A stretch of 64,000 bases of DNA from Candidatus Calditenuaceae archaeon HR02 (GTDB lineage: Archaea > Thermoproteota > Nitrososphaeria_A > Caldarchaeales > Calditenuaceae): the NCBI GenBank assembly GCA_002898395.1, contig BEHE01000003.1, positions 1 through 64,000 on the forward strand, in the 5' to 3' direction. Shown here in pieces: positions 47,221 to 56,166 of this stretch. Positions within the stretch are counted from its first letter, which is position 1. Each line of letters begins with the position of its first letter. The notes beneath the pieces are model-generated. The model saw only the letters and a list, made by a program, of their open reading frames with translations, ran no database searches and was not told where the DNA came from. Position numbers and translations under genes: made by a program.

Positions 47221-48189
47221 TTATGCGAGGTATGCGTAGACGAACCTATCCAAATGCTTTATACGCTTTGCAGGGTGGGGATGCGTGCTGAAGAGGTCGC
47301 TCAGGGGGTTGGGCTTAGCCCTCCTCAACTCCTCGATAGCCCTCTCGACATCGATGTATGGGTCTACTGCGTGCTCAGGGTCCGAGATGAAGAACATCTT
47401 CAGCTGCTCGGTCCGAGCCCTGGCCTCTGGCGCAATCCTGCCTGAGAGTGCCATAATCCTCACTAGAGCCCTCTGAAGCTTCCTAGCACCGTCACTGACC
47501 ACGGTAGCAGCATGGCTGTCGGCATAGTATTCGCGAAGCCGGCTCATAAGAAAGACGAACAGGTTGAATACGAAGCTCAAAACTATTAGCCCGATGCCTA
47601 TCAATATTGGTGCTGCGCCACCCCCATTCCTCCTAGCGCCTCCGAAAAGACCAGACATGTAAAGTGTATACCCGATATAGTAGATTATCGCCGGTATGAG
47701 ACTTATCATAAGCATGACCACGACGTCCCTGTGCTTAAGGTGCCCCACCTCATGTGCCAAAACCGCCTCAAGCTCTTCGCGCGGGATACGGCCCAAGAGG
47801 CCGCTGGTAACAGCCACCATAGGGCCGGTCAACGGGCTTCCATATGCGAAAGCATTTGGAATATTAATGTTCGCTATCATAACCTTTGGCCTCTGGCGCA
47901 AACCACTCTTAGCCGCCAGCTCGTCAACCATCTGGTACAGCCATGGGTACGCTGTTTGATCTGCCTCTGTCACCCTATAGATAGCGTTGATCAAGAATGG
48001 TCCGAAGAGCCACTGCAAGATGTTTAGGATCACAACGAAGCCTATGACGCCGTAGATATAGAATATTGGCAGTCCTAGATAGAGTATGAGCGCGGTTAAT
48101 AGAAGGGTGGCTGTACCCACAACTGCGAGCCAGATGGTTATCATGCTGACCCGTAGTCCAAGTAGTGAGACCCGAACCTGCTCCATCAT
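47221..48189 (-). CDS. htpX: Zinc metalloprotease HtpX
   Basis: PNAFA, AHEVGH, SRLREYYAD, STHP. Confidence 0.95.
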   Translation of the reverse strand: MMEQVRVSLLGLRVSMITIWLAVVGTATLLLTALILYLGLPIFYIYGVIGFVVILNILQWLFGPFLINAIYRVTEADQTAYPWLYQMVDELAAKSGLRQRPKVMIANINIPNAFAYGSPLTGPMVAVTSGLLGRIPREELEAVLAHEVGHLKHRDVVVMLMISLIPAIIYYIGYTLYMSGLFGGARRNGGGAAPILIGIGLIVLSFVFNLFVFLMSRLREYYADSHAATVVSDGARKLQRALVRIMALSGRIAPEARARTEQLKMFFISDPEHAVDPYIDVERAIEELRRAKPNPLSDLFSTHPHPAKRIKHLDRFVYAYLA

Positions 48190-48340
48190 GAGAACACCCT
48201 GAATACAAATAGTCGGGAAGCCAAGTATTAAATCTTATCTGACATATAGCGTTCGTTACTGAACCTATTTTTATTAAAAAGATGGAAATGGAGATGTTAA
48301 CGGTTAAATAAGTGATTTGGCGAGCGGATGAGCCATGTGA

Positions 48341-48625
48341 TCATATTATCTCGCGTACCTTTCTTTCCTCTCTGGGTCTGACCTTGAGTACGCCGTAGTG
48401 TATGGCGCAGGAGATGCAGAGGTTCTCGGTGACTATGTTCTGTGAGATGTATGCACCAGCCTTCTTCAGCTCTCTGAAGAGGTCTCCGCGGACTAGTGAT
48501 ACGCGCCGAGTTACGCGCTGAATCTTGCTCCTAGGAACAAGTGCGCCGCAGTTATCGCACTGAACCATCGGCTCAGAGCCTTTCTGCCCCTTCGCCCTAC
48601 CCCTATTCTTTCTCTTTACAGGCAT
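48341..48625 (-). CDS. rps26e: 30S ribosomal protein S26e
   Basis: KRKNRGRAK, CDNCG, CISCAIH. Confidence 0.96.
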   Translation of the reverse strand: MPVKRKNRGRAKGQKGSEPMVQCDNCGALVPRSKIQRVTRRVSLVRGDLFRELKKAGAYISQNIVTENLCISCAIHYGVLKVRPREERKVREII

Positions 48626-48726
48626 GTTGTCCAGTGATAACTTGCTAAGGAGCGATTTAAACCCTTTATCTACCTATATTCACGCCGTCAACGCCTTGTT
48701 CAGCCCTTTAAGCCTATACGCCTATG

Positions 48727-49239
48727 CTAGGCCCTCCGCTTTTTCTCCGCCTTCAAGTAGGTCTCAAAAGCCCTGAGAGACTCTTCTTGGACTGGGTCAA
48801 CCGATCCTGGCCTGACCGTCCTAATCCAGTTGAGCGCCTCCTCACTACTCATCCCTTTGCTGTATATCATGTATGCGGCTACTATGGATCCTGATCTCCC
48901 CTGTCCCGCGGCGCAGTGGACCAGCACACTCCGCCCCTGTCTTCTCATCTCGTCAATAAACTTGACCGACTTAAGGATTGTTTCTAGTGGTGGGGGGTCG
49001 TGGTCTGCTGTCGGTAAGTGTTCATAGACGATGTCGAAGCCTTCCAGGAAGATTGGTGGGATCTTGTCCTCGGTCAGGGAGAGTATGGAGCGTATGCCAT
49101 TCTCGTGAAGCCACTGTATCTGCCTCCGTGTAACTGGCCGGCCCGAGACAGCCAAACCTTCGGCAACCCAGCCAAAATTGAAGGGTATGTCTGTAAACAT
49201 TCCCCTTATGCGTCTCGCAACATCCCCCAAATTATCCAC
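48727..49239 (-). CDS. Dual-specificity protein phosphatase
   Basis: VHCAAGQGRSG (CX5R). Start moved to GTG 49239, with a TATA about 25 bp upstream. Confidence 0.9.
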   Translation of the reverse strand: MDNLGDVARRIRGMFTDIPFNFGWVAEGLAVSGRPVTRRQIQWLHENGIRSILSLTEDKIPPIFLEGFDIVYEHLPTADHDPPPLETILKSVKFIDEMRRQGRSVLVHCAAGQGRSGSIVAAYMIYSKGMSSEEALNWIRTVRPGSVDPVQEESLRAFETYLKAEKKRRA

Positions 49240-49321
49240 AGATAATAGTATGCTAGGGGCTTGTATAAGACCCTTGGTCTGGGGAGGGGATATAAATCCC
49301 GAGGAGAGAGTAGTCTCGGTG

Positions 49322-50215
49322 ATGGTGGGGAGGTTTTCACTGGTAGCAGGACCCGCCTCAAGTGAGCTGGGGCTTAGAATTGCTGAGGCGATGGGTCTAA
49401 GAGCCCTAGGGCTCCAGCACAAGACTTTTCCCGACGGCGAGTCCTATTTCAGATTCCTCGAAAAACCAGACTCTACCGTCGTTCTGGTCCAGGGTACGCA
49501 CCCGCCCCAGGATAAACACCTTCTCCAGCTGCTCCTAATGTCGATGGGTCTCAGGGAGCTCGGGGCGTCGCGAATAGTGGCCTTAGTCCCTTACCTCGCA
49601 TATGCGCGGCAGGATAAGGCCTTCTTGGAGGGAGAGACTGTGAGCCTTAAGGTGATTCTACATCTGATGAAGTCGTCCGGGATTGACGAGCTAGTAACGG
49701 TGAATCCACACGCCCCCTGGGCTCTCCGAGAATCTGGTGTCGTGAGCCACTCTATCAGTGTTGCAAAGACTCTTGCATCTAATGTGAAGAGGCGTGGCTG
49801 GCATGTATCCTATGTTGTCTCGCCTGGGAAGAAGGGGATGGAGCTGGCTGTCGAGGCCTCACTCGTGCTTGGAGCTGAGCCTGTGAAGGCTGAGTCGTGG
49901 CGAGACCCAAACACTGGAGAGGTCAGGGTAGAGGTGGAGGATGGGCAGAGATTCAGTAACAAGGGGGTGATGGTTATAGACGACGTGGTAAGTTCGGGGG
50001 GAACCATGAGCAAGCTTGTAAAGAAGCTGAAGTCTGCAAAAGCCTCAAGGGTCTATGCATGCTGCATCCATGGGCTATTCATAGGCGGCTCAGACCAGAG
50101 AATCCTTGAGGCGGGAGCAGATGCAATATTAGCCACAAACACTGTTCCAAACAAGTATGCAGAGGTAGACATATCGGCCGAGGTCGCCGACTTTTTAGCC
50201 ACACTGATATCTTGA
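49322..50215 (+). CDS. prs: Ribose-phosphate pyrophosphokinase homolog (degenerate active site)
   Basis: FPDGE, PYLAYARQDK, IDDVVSSGGT. Start moved to ATG 49322. Confidence 0.85.
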   Translation: MVGRFSLVAGPASSELGLRIAEAMGLRALGLQHKTFPDGESYFRFLEKPDSTVVLVQGTHPPQDKHLLQLLLMSMGLRELGASRIVALVPYLAYARQDKAFLEGETVSLKVILHLMKSSGIDELVTVNPHAPWALRESGVVSHSISVAKTLASNVKRRGWHVSYVVSPGKKGMELAVEASLVLGAEPVKAESWRDPNTGEVRVEVEDGQRFSNKGVMVIDDVVSSGGTMSKLVKKLKSAKASRVYACCIHGLFIGGSDQRILEAGADAILATNTVPNKYAEVDISAEVADFLATLIS

Positions 50216-51243
50216 AGCGTCTTCTCGCACTGCTTTCAGGCGATGCACCTGGACTTGCATTAAGCGAGCTAAAGTCAATACTCCACATCTTCTACGGCAC
50301 GGACAATGTCGAGAAGATCACAGATAGGGTTGTCCAGATCAACGCCAATATCAGTGACGCCGGAGCCATAACTGGACGCGCGGCATATGTGAAGGAGCTG
50401 GTGGAGCCCCTCATCTACTCCCCAAAACTTGGTGTCGGTGGCGCAGTTGAAGTGGCCGAGTCTGAACTCCTGAAAGGACCGCGTAGTTTTGCTGTAAGGG
50501 CTGTGAGGCTTGGTGGAGTCAAGTGTGATAGGACAGCGGTGGAGAGGTTGCTTGGCGGGGTGGTCATGTCTAGCTATCCTCACCTCAAGGTGGACCTATC
50601 CTCGCCTGATATCGTTATTCACGCGTATATCACGGAGAATGGCGTCTATGCTGGCCCTCTCCTCTCACGGCTAAAATACAGCAGATTAGAGGCTAGGCGG
50701 CCTAAAATGAGACCCTTCCGCCACCCCTCGGCTCTTATGCCGGGACTTGCAAGATGCATGGTCAACCTCACAAGGGTTAAGCCACCTGGATGGATAGTCG
50801 ACCCCTTCGCGGGCACTGGCTCGATCCCTATGGAGGCAGCCGATATGGGGTATAGAGTTGTTGCAATCGAGTTGAAGAGGTGGATCGCGCGTGGATGCCT
50901 CACGAACCTGAAGTGGAGTAGCCATGCCGAGAGGGTTGAGCTGTTATGTGGGGATGCCACAGCCCCTCCGTTGAGGGGGAGGTTCCAGGGTGTAGCAACG
51001 GACCCGCCCTATGGCCGCTCAACACAACTAAGCGACAGAAACATCGAGAGGTTGTATCTAAGCGCATTCTCATCGATTGCAGAGCTACTCGAGCCCGGTA
51101 GTAGAATCGTCGCAGCTATTCCGCAGCAGCGGGTTGATCCGTCACTGCTAGAAGAGATTGGACTCCACCTACTAGAGCAGCACCCCATCAGGATACATTC
51201 GAGCCTTACAAGGGTTGTTTGTGTCTATGGTCGAGGGTCTTGA
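50212..51243 (+). CDS. THUMP-domain tRNA G10-N2 methyltransferase (Trm11/TrmG10)
   Basis: THUMP region, DPFAGTG, TDPPYGRS, IHSSLTR. Confidence 0.85.
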   Translation: MKRLLALLSGDAPGLALSELKSILHIFYGTDNVEKITDRVVQINANISDAGAITGRAAYVKELVEPLIYSPKLGVGGAVEVAESELLKGPRSFAVRAVRLGGVKCDRTAVERLLGGVVMSSYPHLKVDLSSPDIVIHAYITENGVYAGPLLSRLKYSRLEARRPKMRPFRHPSALMPGLARCMVNLTRVKPPGWIVDPFAGTGSIPMEAADMGYRVVAIELKRWIARGCLTNLKWSSHAERVELLCGDATAPPLRGRFQGVATDPPYGRSTQLSDRNIERLYLSAFSSIAELLEPGSRIVAAIPQQRVDPSLLEEIGLHLLEQHPIRIHSSLTRVVCVYGRGS

Positions 51244-51416
51244 ACTATTCGTTGTCATTTAGCTAATCCCATGCCATGGCAAATATACGGGGTAGCTAAA
51301 AATCGCTCGTCAAAATTACACCAATTTATCATAATAGATGTTAATATTACGTCTATACTGCTCAAATCATGTAAGAATGCTTATTAATGAGAGTTAACAT
51401 TCCTAATTGGTAACTT

Positions 51417-52418
51417 ATGGAGACTGAGGTCAATGTAGAGCTTCAAAGACTCGCGGAGGTCCTAAGGCATAGTTGGAAGATGGTGAGGACGCCGCGGATG
51501 AAGACCATACTTAAGGTACAGGCTGTCGCGTGCGACGCCATGCGTAGCTACTTGAAGTCTGAGGGCTTCATCGAGCTACTCCCACCTATAATCGGGCCGG
51601 TCACAGACCCAGGCATTAGAGGTGCAAAGCAGGCGACCTTTGACTACTATGGCAGGGAGTACAAGGTGATGAGTAGTGCGATATTGTATAAGCAGGCTGC
51701 GATGAGCGGGCTTGGCAAAATATTCTTCATGTCACCCAATGTGAGGCTTGAGCCTATAGACTCAGCCCTCACTGGTAGACATCTTGTGGAGTTTGTGCAG
51801 CTTGACCTAGAGATGGCGGAGGCAAGCTACTTTGACGCCATGGCCGTGGCAGAGCGGCTCTTATCCGAGGCAGTCAATACTGTCCGTGACACTTGCCAAA
51901 GGGAGTTGGAGCTGCTTGGTCGTGAACTATTAACATTCAAGCCACCATTCAAGAAACTCACCTATGATGAGACCTTAGAATATCTGAGGATGAGGGGAGT
52001 TAAAATGCGGTATGGTGTCGAGATTCCATGGGATGCGGAGCGGTTCCTTTCAAAAGTGATTGGTGAACCCTTCTTCATAATAGATTATCCGAGGGGTGCT
52101 CGCGGCTTCTATGATAGGGAGGATGAGAGGCGGCCGGGAATACTCCGGGACTTCGACCTGATCTATCCCGAGGGGTATGGTGAATGCGCCTCTGGCGCCG
52201 AGAGAGAGTATCGATACGAGAGGGTGTTGGCGAGGATGAAGGAGACTGGTGAGGACCCGAGGAAGTATGCCTGGTATCTTGAGATGCTGAGGGAGGGTAT
52301 TCCGCCCAGCGCTGGGTTCGGGATGGGTGTGGAGAGGCTTACGCGCTACCTCTGTGGGCTGGAAGCTGTTTGGGAGGCTAGGCTCTGCCCAAAGCTAGCC
52401 GGAATATACTCGCCATAG
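51417..52418 (+). CDS. asnA: Archaeal asparagine synthetase A (AsnRS-like, no anticodon domain)
   Basis: SPNVRLE, RHLVEF, SGAERE, SAGFGMGVERL. Confidence 0.85.
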   Translation: METEVNVELQRLAEVLRHSWKMVRTPRMKTILKVQAVACDAMRSYLKSEGFIELLPPIIGPVTDPGIRGAKQATFDYYGREYKVMSSAILYKQAAMSGLGKIFFMSPNVRLEPIDSALTGRHLVEFVQLDLEMAEASYFDAMAVAERLLSEAVNTVRDTCQRELELLGRELLTFKPPFKKLTYDETLEYLRMRGVKMRYGVEIPWDAERFLSKVIGEPFFIIDYPRGARGFYDREDERRPGILRDFDLIYPEGYGECASGAEREYRYERVLARMKETGEDPRKYAWYLEMLREGIPPSAGFGMGVERLTRYLCGLEAVWEARLCPKLAGIYSP

Positions 52419-52445
52419 ATATTAAGCGGGGCGGTACGCTTCAAA

Positions 52446-53819
52446 GTGAGCCTCTCAAAACCCTTCTTGAACGTCTTCCTAAGCCTCCATCGATTCTACT
52501 CATTATTCTCAGACCTCGCAGAAATGTGGAGTAGCTATCCATTTAGAGAGATTATTGAGCGCGCACGTAAAGGGGTTGACGCCATATATCCTGCAGACCT
52601 CTTGAAGCCTTCAATAATGCTGCTCAAAGGCGCCAACATATACAAGCAACCAACACGCTATGCCACGCTTGACGAGCTGCTGCTTCTCCCACCAGCATTC
52701 ACCCCCCTCAGACTTAAGAAGATGTCCGAGCTGCTGCGTGAACCTATCTTCAGCGACGTCGATCTGAGGCATAGCGTGGGTGGCTTCAACGTAAATATGC
52801 CTGCGGTGGTGGCGTCTATGGGCTCCGTACAGGTTGCAAACAAGATCTCCCTCGAAATTGCGCGGGGTGCTGCGCGCATCGGTGTCCCGATGGGGATAGG
52901 CGAGAATGTAGCCACTATGTGGGGGTATTCGAGGAGGGTTAAGAGAAACCAGCCTTCCTTTAAGGAGAGGGTAATGACATATCTCGAGAGCTTGGATGGC
53001 AATGTTGGTGGAGTAACTATCCAACAAAGCGTAGAAGACGCATACAACGAGCTTTGGAATAGGGTCTACTCAGACCCCGATATCGAACCATTCATTCAGA
53101 AAGGGCTTATCGGATTAGAGATTAAGATCGGTCAAGGTTCTAAGCCCGGGCTTGGAGGTGAGGTGAGACTATCAAGAGAGGAGGCTGAGCGCCTCATGGA
53201 TAAGTACCACCTCTCAGAGGACCCGCGGAGCTCCGCGAGAGAGAGCATTGAGAGACACTCAGCCCCGGGGACGTTTACGCCCGAGATACTACGAGGCATG
53301 ATCAGAATGATGAGGAACAACTATCCCAGGTGTAGGATCTGGGTGAAGCTGGGCCCATTCAGGGACTTGCCCGAGGTTCTTAATGTCTTGACCTCAGAGG
53401 GCGTGGATGCTGTATGGATTGACGGGAGGGAGGGTGGGACGGGTATGAGCCCCTACGCCTCTATGAGGCATCTCGGCCTCCCCCTCGTCGCGATATTATG
53501 CCACATATCTAGACAGCTAGAGTCGAGGGTTGGCTCGACCTCTTTTATAGTCTCGGGGAGGCTTTACGACGGTGGCCACCTAGTAAAATGCCTCTCCCTC
53601 GGCCTCGATGGGGTGGCGTTTGGGCGCCCTGTCGCTGTTTCAGCGTGGGTCGCCGGTTCGCGTGGTGTGGAGAACTATCTTAAAACCGTGGAGCTAGAGG
53701 CCAAAATGCTCATATCCGCCCTAGGCAAATACCATGTGCGGGACTTGTCACGTGAAGATCTGGGGTGCCTGGATAGGGATATTGCTGAGAGGCTAGGTGT
53801 GAGATACGTATACTCGTAA
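52446..53819 (+). CDS. FMN-binding glutamate synthase-like protein
   Basis: EIKIGQGSKPGLGG, IWVKL, DGREGGTG, SGRL. Confidence 0.8.
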   Translation: MSLSKPFLNVFLSLHRFYSLFSDLAEMWSSYPFREIIERARKGVDAIYPADLLKPSIMLLKGANIYKQPTRYATLDELLLLPPAFTPLRLKKMSELLREPIFSDVDLRHSVGGFNVNMPAVVASMGSVQVANKISLEIARGAARIGVPMGIGENVATMWGYSRRVKRNQPSFKERVMTYLESLDGNVGGVTIQQSVEDAYNELWNRVYSDPDIEPFIQKGLIGLEIKIGQGSKPGLGGEVRLSREEAERLMDKYHLSEDPRSSARESIERHSAPGTFTPEILRGMIRMMRNNYPRCRIWVKLGPFRDLPEVLNVLTSEGVDAVWIDGREGGTGMSPYASMRHLGLPLVAILCHISRQLESRVGSTSFIVSGRLYDGGHLVKCLSLGLDGVAFGRPVAVSAWVAGSRGVENYLKTVELEAKMLISALGKYHVRDLSREDLGCLDRDIAERLGVRYVYS

Positions 53820-53873
53820 TCATGGGTGAGGGCTATAACTTCCCAGCCAGAGGACTAGTCCTGTGGCTCGGCG

Positions 53874-54794
53874 ATGACTCAGATGCTTGTGTGTTTCTTG
53901 GGCACAAGCGGTGGCATGCCCACCCCCCATAGAGCTCTGCCAAGTGTGGCTGTAAGGTTTGCCGGCTCTCTACTGGTCTTTGACTGTGGGGAGTCTACTC
54001 AGAGGCAGCTCCTAGCCTCAGGTCTAGGGTTGCCGAGGGAGTTCAGGGTTTTTATCACACACCGACACGCCGACCACCTCCTAGGCATACCGGGCGTCCT
54101 ATACACCCTCAGCATGATGGGGAGGGAAGACCCCGTAACCATTTTTGGACCCAAATCGGCCTGCGAAGTCGTCAGAAATCTGCTAGAAGCCCTCGAGACA
54201 GAGGTGGGGTTTGATGTGGAAATCAACTCTGTAGGGCCTGGTCTAGTATATCAGGGGAGGGGATTTAAGGTCGAGGCCGTCGAGGCGGTACACTCAGCCG
54301 AGGCGATATGCTACAGGCTTCTGGAGGACGACCGGCCTGGAAGGATGAGGGTCGGGTATCTGGAGAAGCTTGGCCTCCCGCGAGGCCCGCTCTGGGGCAG
54401 GTTGCAGAGAGGCGAGCCAGTAACGTATCAGGGAAAGGTGATTAGTCCGGAGGAGGCAGTAGACCCGCCGAGGAGAGGGAGAAAAATAGTCTACACAGGC
54501 GACACAAGGTACTCAGAGAGAATAGTGGAGTTCGCTCATCAGGCCGACCTACTGATACACGACGCCACGTTCGACCAGAGCCTCTCAGACCGTGCAGTGG
54601 CGGAGGGACACAGCACCGCCTCCGAGGCTGCGACCGCCGCCCTACAGGCGCAGGCCCGCGCACTGGCCCTCTTCCACATAAGCCCTAGATACCACGGCAA
54701 GGAGGACGTACTTCTGAACGAGGCGAGGAAAATATTTCCAAACACGATCCTGCCGAGCGACTTAGAGAAATTGGAGATCCATTATCCTAAGTGA
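53874..54794 (+). CDS. rnz: Ribonuclease Z
   Basis: LGTSGGMP, THRHADH, GPLWGRLQ exosite, TGDT, HISPRY. Confidence 0.95.
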   Translation: MTQMLVCFLGTSGGMPTPHRALPSVAVRFAGSLLVFDCGESTQRQLLASGLGLPREFRVFITHRHADHLLGIPGVLYTLSMMGREDPVTIFGPKSACEVVRNLLEALETEVGFDVEINSVGPGLVYQGRGFKVEAVEAVHSAEAICYRLLEDDRPGRMRVGYLEKLGLPRGPLWGRLQRGEPVTYQGKVISPEEAVDPPRRGRKIVYTGDTRYSERIVEFAHQADLLIHDATFDQSLSDRAVAEGHSTASEAATAALQAQARALALFHISPRYHGKEDVLLNEARKIFPNTILPSDLEKLEIHYPK

Positions 54795-55246
54795 CGTCTT
54801 AGCGTGTATATTTGCGGGGGCCACTCTGACAGGTCTATCCATCCCGTCAAAACATCATCCAGCGGAAAACTCTTTACTTCTTCAGGCTCCTTCCCATCTA
54901 TCTTTCGGCGAAGCCTATAGTCACTTCCGACGATAAATTCATCCTCACCTAGGTGGGGAGTCTCTATCCTAACCTCTTCGCCTGGCTTCACCGCAATCGC
55001 TGTGACATCTGGGGGTATGGCCCCAGACCCCCTCCAGAATACTACAACCCATCTAGCCTCGCCGGGTTCTAGAAGCTCCAAGAGACCCTCTGTCGAAGTC
55101 ATGGTCCCTGGCCCCCTGAGCCCAACCTTCGTCGCACCACACCTCCTACACCTCCACGCTTCCACAACCTTCACCACCTCCTCGCCCTGCATAATATTCA
55201 AAGCCCCCGCGTACTTCAGGTCGTGGACGCAACCGCTGGCTGACAC
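54782..55246 (-). CDS. Hypothetical protein with N-terminal CxH...CxxC Zn ribbon
   Basis: CVHDL...WRCRRCG. Confidence 0.65.
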   Translation of the reverse strand: MSASGCVHDLKYAGALNIMQGEEVVKVVEAWRCRRCGATKVGLRGPGTMTSTEGLLELLEPGEARWVVVFWRGSGAIPPDVTAIAVKPGEEVRIETPHLGEDEFIVGSDYRLRRKIDGKEPEEVKSFPLDDVLTGWIDLSEWPPQIYTLRRHLG

Positions 55247-55257
55247 TTATAGACCAC

Positions 55258-55926
55258 CTATCCTTCGGGCTCTAGTATCTCGACCCTACACTTCGCCATC
55301 TTCTTAAACTCTTCAGCGTCCTTTCGCGAGCCTACTATCGTGCCGTAGTGCATTGGAATTGCGACATCAGGCATTATGGTGTTTGCGGCTTCAGCTGCCT
55401 CAGCAGCCGTCATGACATATACCCCGCTCACGGGCAGAAAGGCTACATCTATCTTTCCCAGCCCTTTCATTTCAGGGATAAAGTCGGTGTCTCCTGGGTG
55501 GTAGACCCTTACACCAGCCAGCTCCACAAGATATCCCACACCACCATACTCCTTTGGATGATATACGACGCCCGGCGACCTGAACTTATTCACATTATAG
55601 GCCGTGACCACAGTGTATCTGAGGTCTCCAGCCTCTCCGTGGTCGCCCGTCGTAACAAACACTTTAGACCTGCATGAGACGCTCACGAGCCCTGACATAC
55701 AGTTTTTCGCAGCTACTATAGTTGTTCTCTCTGGAGAGGTTACTTTTGCTAGGTCATTGGCCGAGAGGTGGTCGAAGTGGTCGTGCGTAATGAATACTAC
55801 ATCTGCCGCCATCTTGGTCTTAGTCTTGAGCTGGTAGGGGTCAAACACTACCTCGCGGCCGCTCCAGCGGATGCTGAAGCCCGCGTGGCCAAGCCATCTT
55901 ATCTCAAGCCCCTTGTATACCAGCAT
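55258..55926 (-). CDS. MBL-fold metallo-hydrolase
   Basis: WLGHA, THDHFDH, GDT, PMHYG. Confidence 0.92.
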   Translation of the reverse strand: MLVYKGLEIRWLGHAGFSIRWSGREVVFDPYQLKTKTKMAADVVFITHDHFDHLSANDLAKVTSPERTTIVAAKNCMSGLVSVSCRSKVFVTTGDHGEAGDLRYTVVTAYNVNKFRSPGVVYHPKEYGGVGYLVELAGVRVYHPGDTDFIPEMKGLGKIDVAFLPVSGVYVMTAAEAAEAANTIMPDVAIPMHYGTIVGSRKDAEEFKKMAKCRVEILEPEG

Positions 55927-56166
55927 CGAGATAACTAGCTATACCTTCCCCTATATATCAGTAGCCATACATCACTCCATAGTTATATCGCAGGTGGTCA
56001 TGCATCGGACTTGTACTTAAGGCGAGGCTTTCAAAACCTTTATGGTTAAGAGGACGGCATCGGCTTGAGATGGATCGAAGTTGTTGATCGAGAAGATCGC
56101 ACTCGAGCTTGGGCCTGAGATTGACGTGGCTCTTGTGGAAGGTGATGTTAAGATTAATGAGCAGGT

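Noticed and set aside
49178-49422. Long head-to-head overlap of phosphatase and prs ORFs
   Set aside because: Artefact of longest-ORF calling; likely starts are 49239 (-) and 49322 (+), with TATA boxes between them.
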